A stretch of DNA of 56,052 nt from Acidilobus sp. (GCA_028276005.1 JAPWTO010000001.1:1-56052); one strand, 5' to 3'; positions 9,718-19,766 are shown, counted from the first letter of the stretch. Made by a program: numbers and translations. The notes: generated by a model not told the origin, from the letters alone.

Positions 9718-10794
9718 GTGGGAGCGATGGAGCTAAGGGTGCTGGACTCTAAGAAGAGGACAATACAGGTTGTGCCGAGGAGCGAGGAGGACCTCTGGAC
9801 TTTAGCAGTGTATATCAGGGAGGGCGATAGGGTCAGGACTGTCGTTCTCAGGGACGTGGCGGGGAGGGATGCCAAGCAGAAGGAGAGGAGGCCTATTGAG
9901 GTAACCCTTCGGGTTGAGTCCGTCGAGTTCCAGCCGTTCTCAGGCTCCCTGAGGGTCTTCGGTGTAATAGAGGAGGGCCCTGAGAGGTTCGGGGTCAGGG
10001 GCAAGCATCAGTCGGCGTACATAACGCTCAACCAGTCCATAGTCCTGATAAGGGAGGAGGGCTGGAGCGATAAGGTCCTGAAGAAGTTTATGGAGAGCGG
10101 GCCAAGAGGGCGGGCCGTCCTGGTGGCTGTAGACTATGAAAGCGCTGCCGTGGCCATCATGACCCCAGTTGGCCTCAGGACCGTGCTTGAGCAGGACCTC
10201 TTACTGGGCCCTAAGGACGACCCTGCAAGGGAGAGGAGGCTTGAGGAGGCCTTGGCCCAGCTCGCCGAGACCTTGGTTAAGGAGGCCTCGCAGGCTGGCG
10301 CCTCGGTAATAGTTATAGCCAGCCCAGGCCAGATCAGGGAGGTCCTAGCCGAGAAGGTCAGGTCCTTAGCTCCACACCTGCATATAATCACCGATAGCGT
10401 CTCAGGCGGCGGCCTCGAGGGAATATATGAAGTTACGAGGAGGGACTCTGTACTAAAGGCCCTGAGGGAGATGGATTCCGTCGCAGCACAGGAGGTCATC
10501 GAGGAGTTCCTGGTGAGGGTTTCGAGCGACCCGTCGCTGGTGGCCTACACCTTAGATGACGTGGCTTTCGCTGCCGAGGCCGGCGCCGTGGAGGAGGCCG
10601 TAATCATTGACGAGTACCTCTACGCCAGTGATGACGAGCAGAGGGAGAAGTTCAGGAGGCTGATGGAGCTCATAGAGCAGAAGGGGGGCAGAGTGATAAT
10701 AATAACCCGGGACTCGCCAGCGGCCTCAACGATATTCAACATGGGAGGAGTCATAGCTATCCTAAGGTATCGGCTCCAGAGGACGAGTGGTTAG
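9718..10794 (+). CDS. pelA: mRNA surveillance protein Pelota/Dom34
   Basis: EDLWTL...GDRV, LRVESVEFQPF, ASPG, GAVE, GGVIAILRY. Confidence 0.92.
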   Translation: MGAMELRVLDSKKRTIQVVPRSEEDLWTLAVYIREGDRVRTVVLRDVAGRDAKQKERRPIEVTLRVESVEFQPFSGSLRVFGVIEEGPERFGVRGKHQSAYITLNQSIVLIREEGWSDKVLKKFMESGPRGRAVLVAVDYESAAVAIMTPVGLRTVLEQDLLLGPKDDPARERRLEEALAQLAETLVKEASQAGASVIVIASPGQIREVLAEKVRSLAPHLHIITDSVSGGGLEGIYEVTRRDSVLKALREMDSVAAQEVIEEFLVRVSSDPSLVAYTLDDVAFAAEAGAVEEAVIIDEYLYASDDEQREKFRRLMELIEQKGGRVIIITRDSPAASTIFNMGGVIAILRYRLQRTSG

Positions 10795-11567
10795 GAAAGG
10801 GCTCTGAGGACAAGGTTCAGATCGCTCTCGTGCGCCACTATTAAGTCACCTAGGGGCCTAACATCAGATATGTCAACATCGACGTCATTACCACTGACAT
10901 CAACGGCCCTAGCGCCGCACTCCCTTGCAAGGCCTATGGCGGCAGCGGCGTCGACGTTCCTCAGCTTCTTCCTGAGGTCTACGTAGGCGAGCCCCCGCCC
11001 TAGGCCCACCATGGCTATCTCGAGCGCGGCGCTCCCGAGGCTCCTCAGCTTAAGGTCCTTCACCAAGCTGAACAGCCTCGCCACCCTGACTGCGTCCTCC
11101 AGCGACTCAACGTAGGTGAACACTATCCTCCTGGGCTGGGGCCTCGGGCTGACCCTCTCATCATTTACATAACAGCCTTGCCCCCTGGCAAAGGAGAGCG
11201 CGGGCCCGCCAAGCTGGGATATCGCGCCTGCCACCACCTCGCTTAACCTCCTGGAGCTCGGCCTCGCTATGGCCACCGAGACAGAGGACCACGGTATGCA
11301 GTGCTCATAATTTAGGCTTCCGTCGAGGGGGTCCACCACAAATACGTAGCCGCCCGAGCCCGTGCGGCCGCTCTCCTCGGAGACCAGGGTGTACTCATTG
11401 AGCCTTGACCTGAGCCTCTCAGCTATTATTTCTTCAGCCTTCAGATCAGCCCTAATGGTATCACCCTTAACCACCTCCGTTAGCTCGCTACACCACCTGC
11501 TTATGAGGAACCTAGAGGCCTCCTCAGCCAGCTCAACAGCTAACCTTCTGAGCTCCTCTGGCTCCAC
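10791..11567 (-). CDS. Inositol monophosphatase / FBPase (FIG superfamily)
   Basis: ADLKAE, VSEE, VVDPLDGSLNY, RSLGSAALE, DAAAA. Confidence 0.9.
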   Translation of the reverse strand: MEPEELRRLAVELAEEASRFLISRWCSELTEVVKGDTIRADLKAEEIIAERLRSRLNEYTLVSEESGRTGSGGYVFVVDPLDGSLNYEHCIPWSSVSVAIARPSSRRLSEVVAGAISQLGGPALSFARGQGCYVNDERVSPRPQPRRIVFTYVESLEDAVRVARLFSLVKDLKLRSLGSAALEIAMVGLGRGLAYVDLRKKLRNVDAAAAIGLARECGARAVDVSGNDVDVDISDVRPLGDLIVAHESDLNLVLRALS

Positions 11568-11607
11568 CTAACGTCCCTCTAGTAGGCTGAGCCATCGCTA
11601 TTTCAGC

Positions 11608-12699
11608 TTAAGCGTATGACGCAATCATTGAAGCCAGGGCCAAGGGAACGGCCACCACGTAGAGGGCTTCAAGCCCCCAGCCGGTTATGACTAGTCCAGC
11701 GAGTATGGGTGACAGGACCTCAGCCGCGCCTGATGACAGGGAGAAGACGTAGTTAGCCTTTACCTCTGATTGCGAGGATGTCATGGCCTGATAGAGCGTC
11801 GTAGGGTACACCAGGGCGTGAGGCACGGAGAACAGCAGCAGGCCTATTACGCTCAGTAACCCGCTTCTGGTAGCCAGCAGGATCACTGAGATCATAAGTG
11901 TCGTCACGGCCAGCTTCTGCGACCGTTCAACGTTTCTGAGGCCCATCGAGAGCCCCCTTATAGTACCTGATATTAGGAACAGCAGGGAAAGGAGGGCAAA
12001 GGAAGTCGTGACAGGCAGACAAACAACCTTGGAGGAGTAAAGGGGCCAATAGGAAAGGACTAGAGGCAGTATCAGGGAGTAGGCGAAATTTGAGGCGAAG
12101 GCCTTTGCGAACAGCCTCACTTTGAACATCTCAGCTACGTCGTCTACTGAGGGCAGCTCAACCCTCACACGGGGCAGCTCGACCCTGTAGGCTATAAGGA
12201 AGACCGCTATCGAGACGGAGACGACCGCAGCGCCTAGAAAGGACATTGTGACGCCTCTAAGCGACAGGATTGACGTAAAGGCCATGGCGGTGACCAGGCC
12301 TATAGAGAGGGCCAGCGAGTAGCTCGCGACCCCCTCAAAGGGTCTTTCAACAGATGACATTTTGTGAAGCAGTGGTGCAAGAATGGAACTAGCTATGCCG
12401 GACCCTATGCCAGAGAGGGGTATAGCTAACATTGCGGCGGAGGGGGACACGTAAAGCAGCAGGAGGCCTATGCCCAGCAGAACTAGCCCTACGAAACCAA
12501 CGTAGTTCGGCTCCCTGATCAGGGCAGCCGCTATGGACCCAACTGCTATTGAGGCCCACAGGATGACGGTGAACAGGGCCACATTGGCCAGCTTGAACCC
12601 TGTTAGGGCTAGGAAAAGCGGTGTGACCGCCTGAAGTATGGCCGTTGAGAACCTTATGGAGGCCGTTGAGGCGGTTAAGGCCAGGGCCTCCTTCCTCAA
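11608..12699 (-). CDS. MFS transporter
   Basis: About 12 hydrophobic segments over 363 aa. Confidence 0.7.
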   Translation of the reverse strand: MRKEALALTASTASIRFSTAILQAVTPLFLALTGFKLANVALFTVILWASIAVGSIAAALIREPNYVGFVGLVLLGIGLLLLYVSPSAAMLAIPLSGIGSGIASSILAPLLHKMSSVERPFEGVASYSLALSIGLVTAMAFTSILSLRGVTMSFLGAAVVSVSIAVFLIAYRVELPRVRVELPSVDDVAEMFKVRLFAKAFASNFAYSLILPLVLSYWPLYSSKVVCLPVTTSFALLSLLFLISGTIRGLSMGLRNVERSQKLAVTTLMISVILLATRSGLLSVIGLLLFSVPHALVYPTTLYQAMTSSQSEVKANYVFSLSSGAAEVLSPILAGLVITGWGLEALYVVAVPLALASMIASYA

Positions 12700-12705
12700 G
12701 CGGCT

Positions 12706-13824
12706 TTAGTCCTCCTCAAGCGCCTTCCTGTAGACCTCTAAAAGCCTGTAACCGATAACCTCGGGGTTGTGCCTCTCCTTCACTATCTCTACTGCTCTCC
12801 TCGACAGTTTGCCCCTCAGCTTGTCATCAAGTATGAGGGCTTCAAGGGACTTCGTAACCGAGTTGACGTCGTCAATTTCCGTCACGAAGCCGCTGTCGGA
12901 GACCAGCTCAGGTAGGCCTCCGGCGCTAGAAACCACTGGAACGGCGCCATGTGCCATGGCCTCAAGGACCGTGAGGTTGTAGGCCTCAGCGCGGCTTGGC
13001 GCTAATACTATGTCTATAGTCGGCATTATCGTGTCATGAAGTACATCGTCCTCGACACGCGTCAGAACCCTCACGTTCCTGGGCAGGCCTAGAGACTTAA
13101 GCGGGCCTATTACTGTCAGCCTGGCGTCCTCTACGCCCCTTGAGGCCTTCATGAAGGCCTCTAAAGCTATGTCAAGGCCCTTCCTGTACAGGTCCCTTGC
13201 TACGATGAGCACGTTAACGCCCCTGTGACCCTTTGCAGCCATGGCCTCAAGCGGAGGGGGCACCACGTATATTCTTGACCTGTCGAATCCGTCGGCCATG
13301 AAGCCCTTAGCGGCCCATGAAGTCCACGTAATTACCGCCCTACAGGTGCTAAGCTTCACCTTGATAAGCTCTGACAGCAGCTTCCTGGCCGCGCCGTCGA
13401 CCTTGAGGTAGCCCTCCAGATACTGCCCTGGGCTTTGGTCAGCCTCGTGGACGCATGGTATTGCAAACCTTGTGAAGTCCACAAAGAACGTGTGGGCTAG
13501 GTCTAGGCCCTTCCCAATGGGCTCTCTTAGAAGCCGGGCTGCCTGCCTTACAAGGGCCCTAAGGCTGTCCAGCGGTGATAAGGCCTCATAGCTGGGAGGC
13601 GCCATGTAAAGCCTCGTTATGTTGTTAGGGAGGTAGTACTTCACGGTCGCAGGGGCGTGCTTGACTCTGAGCTGTGGCCCCCTCCTGAGGCCCCTGATCC
13701 TAGGATCCACCTCGGCTACCAGCAGGACCTTAAGGTGCCCGTCAAGGCCTTGGCCAACTGACAAGCTCAGCTCGTCACGCGTTAGTTCTCGCTCGGCCTC
13801 GCTTCGTAGTCCTGCAAAGGTCAA
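12706..13824 (-). CDS. Glycosyltransferase family 4 (GT-B)
   Basis: RKGLD, PSRAEAYNLTVLEAMAHGAVPVVSSAGGLPE. Start uncertain. Confidence 0.88.
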   Translation of the reverse strand: MTFAGLRSEAERELTRDELSLSVGQGLDGHLKVLLVAEVDPRIRGLRRGPQLRVKHAPATVKYYLPNNITRLYMAPPSYEALSPLDSLRALVRQAARLLREPIGKGLDLAHTFFVDFTRFAIPCVHEADQSPGQYLEGYLKVDGAARKLLSELIKVKLSTCRAVITWTSWAAKGFMADGFDRSRIYVVPPPLEAMAAKGHRGVNVLIVARDLYRKGLDIALEAFMKASRGVEDARLTVIGPLKSLGLPRNVRVLTRVEDDVLHDTIMPTIDIVLAPSRAEAYNLTVLEAMAHGAVPVVSSAGGLPELVSDSGFVTEIDDVNSVTKSLEALILDDKLRGKLSRRAVEIVKERHNPEVIGYRLLEVYRKALEED

Positions 13825-13868
13825 TTGACTTCAGTTTGACATAAATAAGGTTAAAGTTATTTTAAGAC

Positions 13869-13889
13869 GTGTGGACTCGCGGTCCACGC
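13869..13889 (-). terminator. Hairpin just after the GATase stop (possible terminator or processing stem)
   Basis: GTGGAC-TCGCG-GTCCAC inverted repeat followed by an AT-rich tract. Confidence 0.3.
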
Positions 13890-13897
13890 TTAACGAG

Positions 13898-14656
13898 CTA
13901 GGCCTCTTCAACCTCTCCTGGGGTGCACCTGTTCACGTAATCTGAGTCTACGGAGAGATCTGACTTTATCAGGCCTGCGTAGTAAGCGACGGTTGACGAC
14001 ATAAAGGCCTTGAAGGCGTCTCTGCTAAAGGAGAACATCGCATAATATTCTTCATTGACCTGCGGGTGCTCCTCTAGACATGCAAGAGAGGCGCTAGCTG
14101 ACCTGGGGTCAACGACCATTGCCAGGAGGTTCAGGGCGCCCTTCGCCGCGTTGGCCTTCATGACGATCTCTCTCAGCCTCTCGACAAGCTCGGCGGCGAT
14201 GCTGAAGTCAACCTTAGAGGCCGCAAGCGCCAGTAGCTCAGAGTCAGTGACGTAGCCTAGGTCAGCTCTAAACCCTAGCCATTCAGCTAGCCTCGCCTTG
14301 TTAACGCTCCCGTTGTGGGCCAGCGCTACAGACCTTTCATTAACCTGGACAAGGAAGGGCTGTGAGAACAGCGGGCTCCCCTTGGGTTCGCCCCTCGAAG
14401 CCATCCTTGCGTGCACTATCATCGCCTTGAAGCTGTCTGCTGCCTTAGCTATGAGGGCGTAGGTGGGGTCTTCCCACATGGAGGTCACGGACCTGTAGTG
14501 AAGCGCCCCTTGGTCGCCTATGGCGTAAAAGCCCCAGCCGTCAGCGTGAGAGCTCATGTTGTCGAAGGCGTCATGCTGAGCGGCCTTAGCCAAGGCCTCT
14601 AGCAGTGAACTTACTCCCTCTGAGCCACCACGCTTTATGGCTAACATCCTGCACAA
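13898..14656 (-). CDS. Class II (Ntn) glutamine amidotransferase-like protein
   Basis: N-terminal MCRML, HADGWG, HARMAS, AHNG, TDSE. Confidence 0.9.
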   Translation of the reverse strand: MCRMLAIKRGGSEGVSSLLEALAKAAQHDAFDNMSSHADGWGFYAIGDQGALHYRSVTSMWEDPTYALIAKAADSFKAMIVHARMASRGEPKGSPLFSQPFLVQVNERSVALAHNGSVNKARLAEWLGFRADLGYVTDSELLALAASKVDFSIAAELVERLREIVMKANAAKGALNLLAMVVDPRSASASLACLEEHPQVNEEYYAMFSFSRDAFKAFMSSTVAYYAGLIKSDLSVDSDYVNRCTPGEVEEA

Positions 14657-14664
14657 GGCCGCTC

Positions 14665-14949
14665 CTAGAGGGAGAGCCCGAAGCCCCTTAAGAAGTAGTC
14701 CATCCTCTTGAGTTCCCTCAGGAAGTCCTTCCCCTGCTCCGTCAGGACCAGGTAGTTGCCGTCCTCGCTCCTCTCCTCAATCACAAGCCCCCTCTCCTCA
14801 AGCTCGGCTAAGTAGGCCAGGAACCTCTCATAGGGCACGTTCGACTCAGACAGCACGTGGGAGAACCTGGCCCTTCCGCCCTCCTTCTCTATGCTCCTGA
14901 GCAGGTCGAAGTATATCCTAAGCCTGCTCCTTGGAGGCGCTCTACTCAA
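14665..14949 (-). CDS. Winged helix-turn-helix transcriptional regulator
   Basis: RSRLRIYFDLL...YLAELEERGLV...LTEQGKDFL. Confidence 0.85.
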   Translation of the reverse strand: MSRAPPRSRLRIYFDLLRSIEKEGGRARFSHVLSESNVPYERFLAYLAELEERGLVIEERSEDGNYLVLTEQGKDFLRELKRMDYFLRGFGLSL

Positions 14950-15598
14950 CCCTGTACCACCTTATCAGGAACGCCAGCAAGAGTAAGAACGACGCGAACT
15001 GCACCAGCTCGCCAACTATGTAGTAAAACGGCGTCATGGTGGCCGAGGCGTAGAGCATCGTGACGTGAGCCAACAGCAGTACGGTGAAGGCCAGGAGGAC
15101 CAGCCTTGAGAGCGAGCTGCCGGACCTTGTAGAGAGCAGGAAGCCCTCGAACAGAATTATCATGAGGAGGAGTATAGAGAGGACCTGTGAGGCGTCAAAG
15201 ACGAGGTGACCTAGGAGGAAGTACCTCCTCAGCTGACTTGGCGTTATCATTATGAGCGGCGCAAGGGACGAGGCCCCCCTCCAGAAGGTCTCGCGGGTGT
15301 AGCCGATGACTAGCAGCAGGTAGGCCAGGTTCTCCACCATGAGGTACGTGACGCTCATGAAGTCCGCCAGCCTGGCGTCCTCATAGACGTTCCCGAGCCT
15401 GAGCCCCAGTATCAGGCTCATAGCGCCCTGTAACATAAGGCCGACCCCGAGGAGCGCGAAGCTGAGGCTTAGGTAGGTAAGCAGGCCCACGTCTCCGATC
15501 TTAAGGTAGCGGTAGGCCGCGAAGCTCACGGCTAAGGCTATTAGGCCGCTGACCACGCTGAGGGCACCGCCGACCGCTATGAAGCCCAAGGAAGCCAA
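14942..15598 (-). CDS. Multi-pass (6-7 TM) membrane protein
   Basis: Repeated hydrophobic helices; stop overlaps the wHTH start. Confidence 0.75.
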   Translation of the reverse strand: MASLGFIAVGGALSVVSGLIALAVSFAAYRYLKIGDVGLLTYLSLSFALLGVGLMLQGAMSLILGLRLGNVYEDARLADFMSVTYLMVENLAYLLLVIGYTRETFWRGASSLAPLIMITPSQLRRYFLLGHLVFDASQVLSILLLMIILFEGFLLSTRSGSSLSRLVLLAFTVLLLAHVTMLYASATMTPFYYIVGELVQFASFLLLLAFLIRWYRVE

Positions 15599-15622
15599 GG
15601 GTCTTGTGCCACCTTTGTCAAG

Positions 15623-16441
15623 TCAGCCTTGGCTTAAAAAGGCTCGCGACCTCAGAGTCGCCGCCTCCTCGATAATCCTCATGAAGAGCTCCTGCGAGGC
15701 CTCGTAGGCTTCCTCAAGGGCCAGGCCCTCGGCTATGTAGTAGTGTGACACCAGCGCCGTTATGATGTCACCAGCCCCTGTCCTGTCCTTAAGTCTTGGC
15801 CCTCTGGCAGGCATCGCCGTGGCCACGCCGCCAGAGAAGAGCACGGCCCCTCCGGGGCCCACCGTGTACATCACCGCCTCAAACCTCTGGGAGAGCCTCC
15901 TCGCGATTGGCAGGGGGCCATCGTCGTCGGACATGTGAACAAGCCTAGCGGACCCTGGCGGTATCTTGTCCCACCAGCCCTCGCCCAGCGACCTGGCGTA
16001 GCCCTGGACGTCGAGGACGGTGACCAGGGGTGAGCCTATAACGCCGAGCGCCTCAAGGGGCACTTCGTCAAAGTTCGGCGAGACCAAGACCAGGTCAGGT
16101 TTACACCTAAGGACAGCCGACCTCAACTCCTCAGCAGAGAGCGGGGAGGCCTTGGAGGCCACCTTTGTCCTCCTTTCACCGCTGGCCGCGTAGGTGTGAT
16201 GCATCACGTAGCCCTTGTCATGCCTCTCGCAGCAGACGCGGGTTATGCCGAGGGACTGTTCAAACAGGACGGTGTCCTTGACCCTCAGGCCGAAGGGACC
16301 TATGCAACAGACTTCATAGCCCAGCCCTCTCAGCGCGAGCCCGGCAAACAGGGCAGGCCCTCCTGGCAGCTTCACAGTCCTCCTCTCGACCTCGAACTCT
16401 ATCTCATCAAGGGTCGGCGCAGATATCACAAGGGCTCTCAA
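15623..16441 (-). CDS. PfkB/ribokinase family carbohydrate kinase
   Basis: PGGPALFAG, LDVQG, DRTGAGD. Confidence 0.85.
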   Translation of the reverse strand: MRALVISAPTLDEIEFEVERRTVKLPGGPALFAGLALRGLGYEVCCIGPFGLRVKDTVLFEQSLGITRVCCERHDKGYVMHHTYAASGERRTKVASKASPLSAEELRSAVLRCKPDLVLVSPNFDEVPLEALGVIGSPLVTVLDVQGYARSLGEGWWDKIPPGSARLVHMSDDDGPLPIARRLSQRFEAVMYTVGPGGAVLFSGGVATAMPARGPRLKDRTGAGDIITALVSHYYIAEGLALEEAYEASQELFMRIIEEAATLRSRAFLSQG

Positions 16442-16620
16442 CTCTGTTCACCCCTTAAGCACGGTCCTCTAGGCATGGGGAAGAGCTTGAGGTAGTCCAA
16501 CATAACCCTGCGGGGTCCAGGCCTTGAGACGAGCGTCTGGTCGTCAGAGAAGATAACATGCTTTGCGTCGCGATTTTCAAGCTCATTTACAACCTCCGGC
16601 ACGTCGGCGAGAGCTGCCAC
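16438..16620 (-). other. Short ORF or gene remnant of unknown function
   Basis: 60-aa ORF whose stop overlaps the PfkB start; no recognisable family. Confidence 0.25.
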
Positions 16621-16726
16621 ATATCCGCTCAGGTGCGAGGCCCTCCACCGGCCCTGGCGTCTATCCGCAAGGCCCTTTTAGACATTGTGGAAATAATTTT
16701 CTTCACCGCCTAGGCGTTTACTTACA

Positions 16727-17083
16727 TTACGTAGAGATAAACACTTTTCGTTTATCTATCCGAGACTCGCAGAGCTGCTGCGGGTCCCTGATCACGAACT
16801 CCTCCAGGACCCTTCCGTCACGGTCAAACCTGACCCCCTCCTCCTTTAACAGGGCCCTCTTGGCCTCAGGCCCCCCAGGCGTGTAGCCCCCTATGCTCCT
16901 GTCAGACCTGATCACCCTGTGGCAAGGTATCTCAATAGGCCTCGGGTTCTTCTTGAGGGCCATGGCCACGACGCGGGGGTGCGTACCCACGCAGGAGGCT
17001 ATAACGGCGTATGTAGTTACCTTGCCCCTGGGTATGCGGGAGACGACTTCATAGACTTTCTCAAATATTTTAGCTCCCTTCAT
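16727..17083 (-). CDS. ogt: MGMT family methylated-DNA-protein-cysteine methyltransferase (single domain)
   Basis: IPRGKVTTY, NPRPIEIPCHRVI, GGY, KRALLKEEG. Confidence 0.92.
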   Translation of the reverse strand: MKGAKIFEKVYEVVSRIPRGKVTTYAVIASCVGTHPRVVAMALKKNPRPIEIPCHRVIRSDRSIGGYTPGGPEAKRALLKEEGVRFDRDGRVLEEFVIRDPQQLCESRIDKRKVFIST

Positions 17084-17137
17084 GATGCTACAGGAATTAA
17101 TATTGGTCCTGGCCTTAAAGCAAAGGGGATCCCAGGC

Positions 17138-17665
17138 TTGTCAGCGGGATCAGGGGGAAGCCGTGAGGAGATGGAGGAGGCCGCAAGGGCCCTCGGATCC
17201 TCAATAGGCGTCTTCATGGCTTCGCTCATCGAGGCTATGCCTCGTGTCCTCAGGGCCCTCTCGTCACAGGGCAGCGAAGTTCCCTACTCAAAGCTCGTTG
17301 ACTGGGCGAACAGGACCATGCAGGCGGTCAGCGACACGATAGTGAGGGAGCTGCCCCCTGAGGAGGTCGCAAGGATGACAGAGGACGCCATTAGGTCGCT
17401 TAAGGGCATCGCTGCGATAGCGCTAGAGGTCTCGAAGGCCCTCGGGGACCCACAGGTCGTTGACATCATAAGGAAGACCGTAGAGGGGTTCAGGAAGGGG
17501 CTTCAGGCAGTCACGTCACCCAACCTCTCTGACCTCATGAGGGCCATGTCAGACCCTGACGTAATATACGCGGGCGTCGTGCTTCTGACCCTGCTTAAGG
17601 CTCTCGGCGAGGCCGTGAGGGCCTCCTCAGCCGTCTCCGGAGGAAGCGCTGAAACGAAGCCGTAA
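17138..17665 (+). CDS. DUF1641-like helical protein
   Basis: C-terminal LSDLMRAMSDPDV...LLKALG. Start TTG 17138 or ATG 17171. Confidence 0.65.
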   Translation: MSAGSGGSREEMEEAARALGSSIGVFMASLIEAMPRVLRALSSQGSEVPYSKLVDWANRTMQAVSDTIVRELPPEEVARMTEDAIRSLKGIAAIALEVSKALGDPQVVDIIRKTVEGFRKGLQAVTSPNLSDLMRAMSDPDVIYAGVVLLTLLKALGEAVRASSAVSGGSAETKP

Positions 17666-17734
17666 CGCCTTCGCGTAGTTAACTGTAGCCCTTTGTCATA
17701 GTGATATGAAAGTTAGACAACGTGCCTGCAGTGG

Positions 17735-18934
17735 TCATAGGGGCTTGATAAGTACCGCCGAGGCCCTCCTGGCGAAGAACATGGTAGCGCCGAAGACAAC
17801 AGCCACTATGGGCACAATGCTTAGTATTGTGGCCTGGTAGCCGGCGACAGTGACCATAGCTCCAAGGGCGGCCGGCAGCACAGAGCCTATAATCGTCATT
17901 ATCGAGAAGAAGTAGCTGTTAGCGGCGTTGAGGCTCCTTAGGTCGAAGGTCCTAGATATTGATATGACGCTCAGCGTGTACGTAAGCCCATGCGGAATTC
18001 CAAGGATGAGCAGGGCAACCATGTAAACCAGTATGGTAGGAGAGGCCCAGGCGGCTACGAGGCCTATCAGCGTGAGGGTTGAGGAAAGCACCATGAGCCT
18101 CACTATGTTGTAGGGCGGCCTTATAGCTAGTACGAGCCTGCCTAAGAACGATGTTGAGTAGAAAAGCGAGTATAGCAGAAGCGCCAAGGAGCTGCTTACG
18201 TGGAACCTGTACTCGGCGTAGAGGCCAGCGAAGCTCGTTATGAAGGCGAAGGGGACGGAGTACATCAGATTGTTAAGTAAGGCTGCGATGAACCCGTTGT
18301 TGGTAAGTATTGAGGTCACCTTGGGCCTGGCCGAGCCATCGATAGGGCGCTCTTCCTCGGGGAACCTGACCAGGGGCGCAGCGACGGCAACGAGGGCCGC
18401 TATGGGCTCAAAGAAGATAAAGGAGTCCTTGAGTCCAACGTATTTAACTATTACAGAGTCTATGGCAGGGCCGATGAGGAGGGAGGTGCTAAGGGCAAGG
18501 GTGTATATCGTGAGTAGCCTCTCCCTCTGCCTTGGGTTGCTGATCGCGCCTGCCGATGTCATTATATTAGGCATTATCGGCCCAAGCACAGCCCCTGTGG
18601 CCACGGCCAGCGCCCATATCGTAAACGGGTTGGATTTTGAGTAGAACGGAAAGAGGACGGCGTAGGCCATAGCTGATGCTATGAAGAACCTCCTCCTGCT
18701 TCTCGCGGGCAGCCTTGCGTTTATGAAGCTGGTTGATATGAAGGTGCTGCCCATGAACGCCATGGCGAGTAGCCCTACCTCGAGGCCGTTGAAGTTGAAG
18801 AGGTGATGTGCCAGAAGGGGCATGGTCGTCGCTATCATGTTGTTCGAGGCCCTGGCCCCAAAGGTGGCTAGGGTCACCACTGCAGCCGCCACTGCAAACG
18901 ACGTTGGCTTCTTGGCCGCGCTCAAGTACCTCAC
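17735..18934 (-). CDS. MFS transporter
   Basis: About 12 TM segments over 399 aa. Confidence 0.85.
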   Translation of the reverse strand: MRYLSAAKKPTSFAVAAAVVTLATFGARASNNMIATTMPLLAHHLFNFNGLEVGLLAMAFMGSTFISTSFINARLPARSRRRFFIASAMAYAVLFPFYSKSNPFTIWALAVATGAVLGPIMPNIMTSAGAISNPRQRERLLTIYTLALSTSLLIGPAIDSVIVKYVGLKDSFIFFEPIAALVAVAAPLVRFPEEERPIDGSARPKVTSILTNNGFIAALLNNLMYSVPFAFITSFAGLYAEYRFHVSSSLALLLYSLFYSTSFLGRLVLAIRPPYNIVRLMVLSSTLTLIGLVAAWASPTILVYMVALLILGIPHGLTYTLSVISISRTFDLRSLNAANSYFFSIMTIIGSVLPAALGAMVTVAGYQATILSIVPIVAVVFGATMFFARRASAVLIKPL

Positions 18935-19001
18935 TCACTTATTAGCTGACTACCTTATTGGTCAACAGTCTTACGTATTATTGAGCGCAGATCATAAACT
19001 T

Positions 19002-19258
19002 TTATCTATGCTTGGTCCTAGTGATGTGCTCCTTCAGCGCCCTGTCCAACTTCTTAAACCTCACGCCCTCAGGCTTCAGGAGCCCCTCTTCACCTCAGGC
19101 TCACTGAAGGGTAGCCGCCCAGCCTGCTGTTGACGTTATGACCCTATGACACGGCTCTCTATTGGCCTTGGGTTCTCGCTGGGCGCTCTGGCCACAGCCA
19201 TGGGCGATATGCCGAGGGCCTTGGCTATGGCCCCGTAGGTGATGACCCTGACCGCCAT
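19002..19258 (-). pseudogene. Frameshifted MGMT/ogt paralog
   Basis: Manual minus-strand translation across frameshifts gives RVITYGAIAKALGISPMAVARAPSENPRPIE / PCHRVITS / SRLGGY / EPEVKR / LLKPEGVRF. Confidence 0.88.
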
Positions 19259-19421
19259 CTCTTAAGGCCCTCGGCGTTGCGGTCAGAGCCTTTTCAGAGA
19301 GGACCCCAAGCGGGGAGCTCAGGGCAGAGAGGCAAGCCCTCAGGCGCTATAAAACACGTCATTAGTTCATGGTAAGTAGGTCATTTGTGGCAATTTATGG
19401 GTTAGCTTTAGGAGAGCTGCC

Positions 19422-19688
19422 TCAGTGCGACCCCTTAGAACCCTGATAATGAATTATCTGGGTCGGGCAGCTGTTAGCGGCCGCCTCGATGCAGTCCTCA
19501 TAATCATCGGGCGGGTCGCCCTCGCTTCTGCTTCCCTGCTGCTTGTTGTCGGGGTCAGCCCTCCACTTGGGGACTATCTCGGCCTTGCCGTCAAGCTCGT
19601 TCATCTCGAACACGTCGGGGCATAGGCTGACGCACACCATGTCAGCTATGCAGTTCTCGCGGGGTTCAATCCAGACCTTTACTGTCAC
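19422..19688 (-). CDS. Single-cluster ferredoxin (CxxDxxC...CP)
   Basis: CIADMVCVSLCPDVF...AAANSCPTQII; GAGGTG Shine-Dalgarno upstream. Confidence 0.92.
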   Translation of the reverse strand: MTVKVWIEPRENCIADMVCVSLCPDVFEMNELDGKAEIVPKWRADPDNKQQGSRSEGDPPDDYEDCIEAAANSCPTQIIHYQGSKGSH

Positions 19689-19766
19689 TTTCCCACCTCA
19701 CGTTTGAGGTTTCCAGAAGAAAGCTATAAAGTCCCGTAAATATGTAGAAAAAAGGAGGTTTCAGGT

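Noticed and set aside
16438-16620. Radical SAM fragment (EVVNELE...IFSDD)
   Set aside because: No CxxxCxxC motif found in the upstream frames; similarity too weak
16919-17137. Extension of the DUF1641-like ORF
   Set aside because: Antisense to ogt and spans the divergent promoter region
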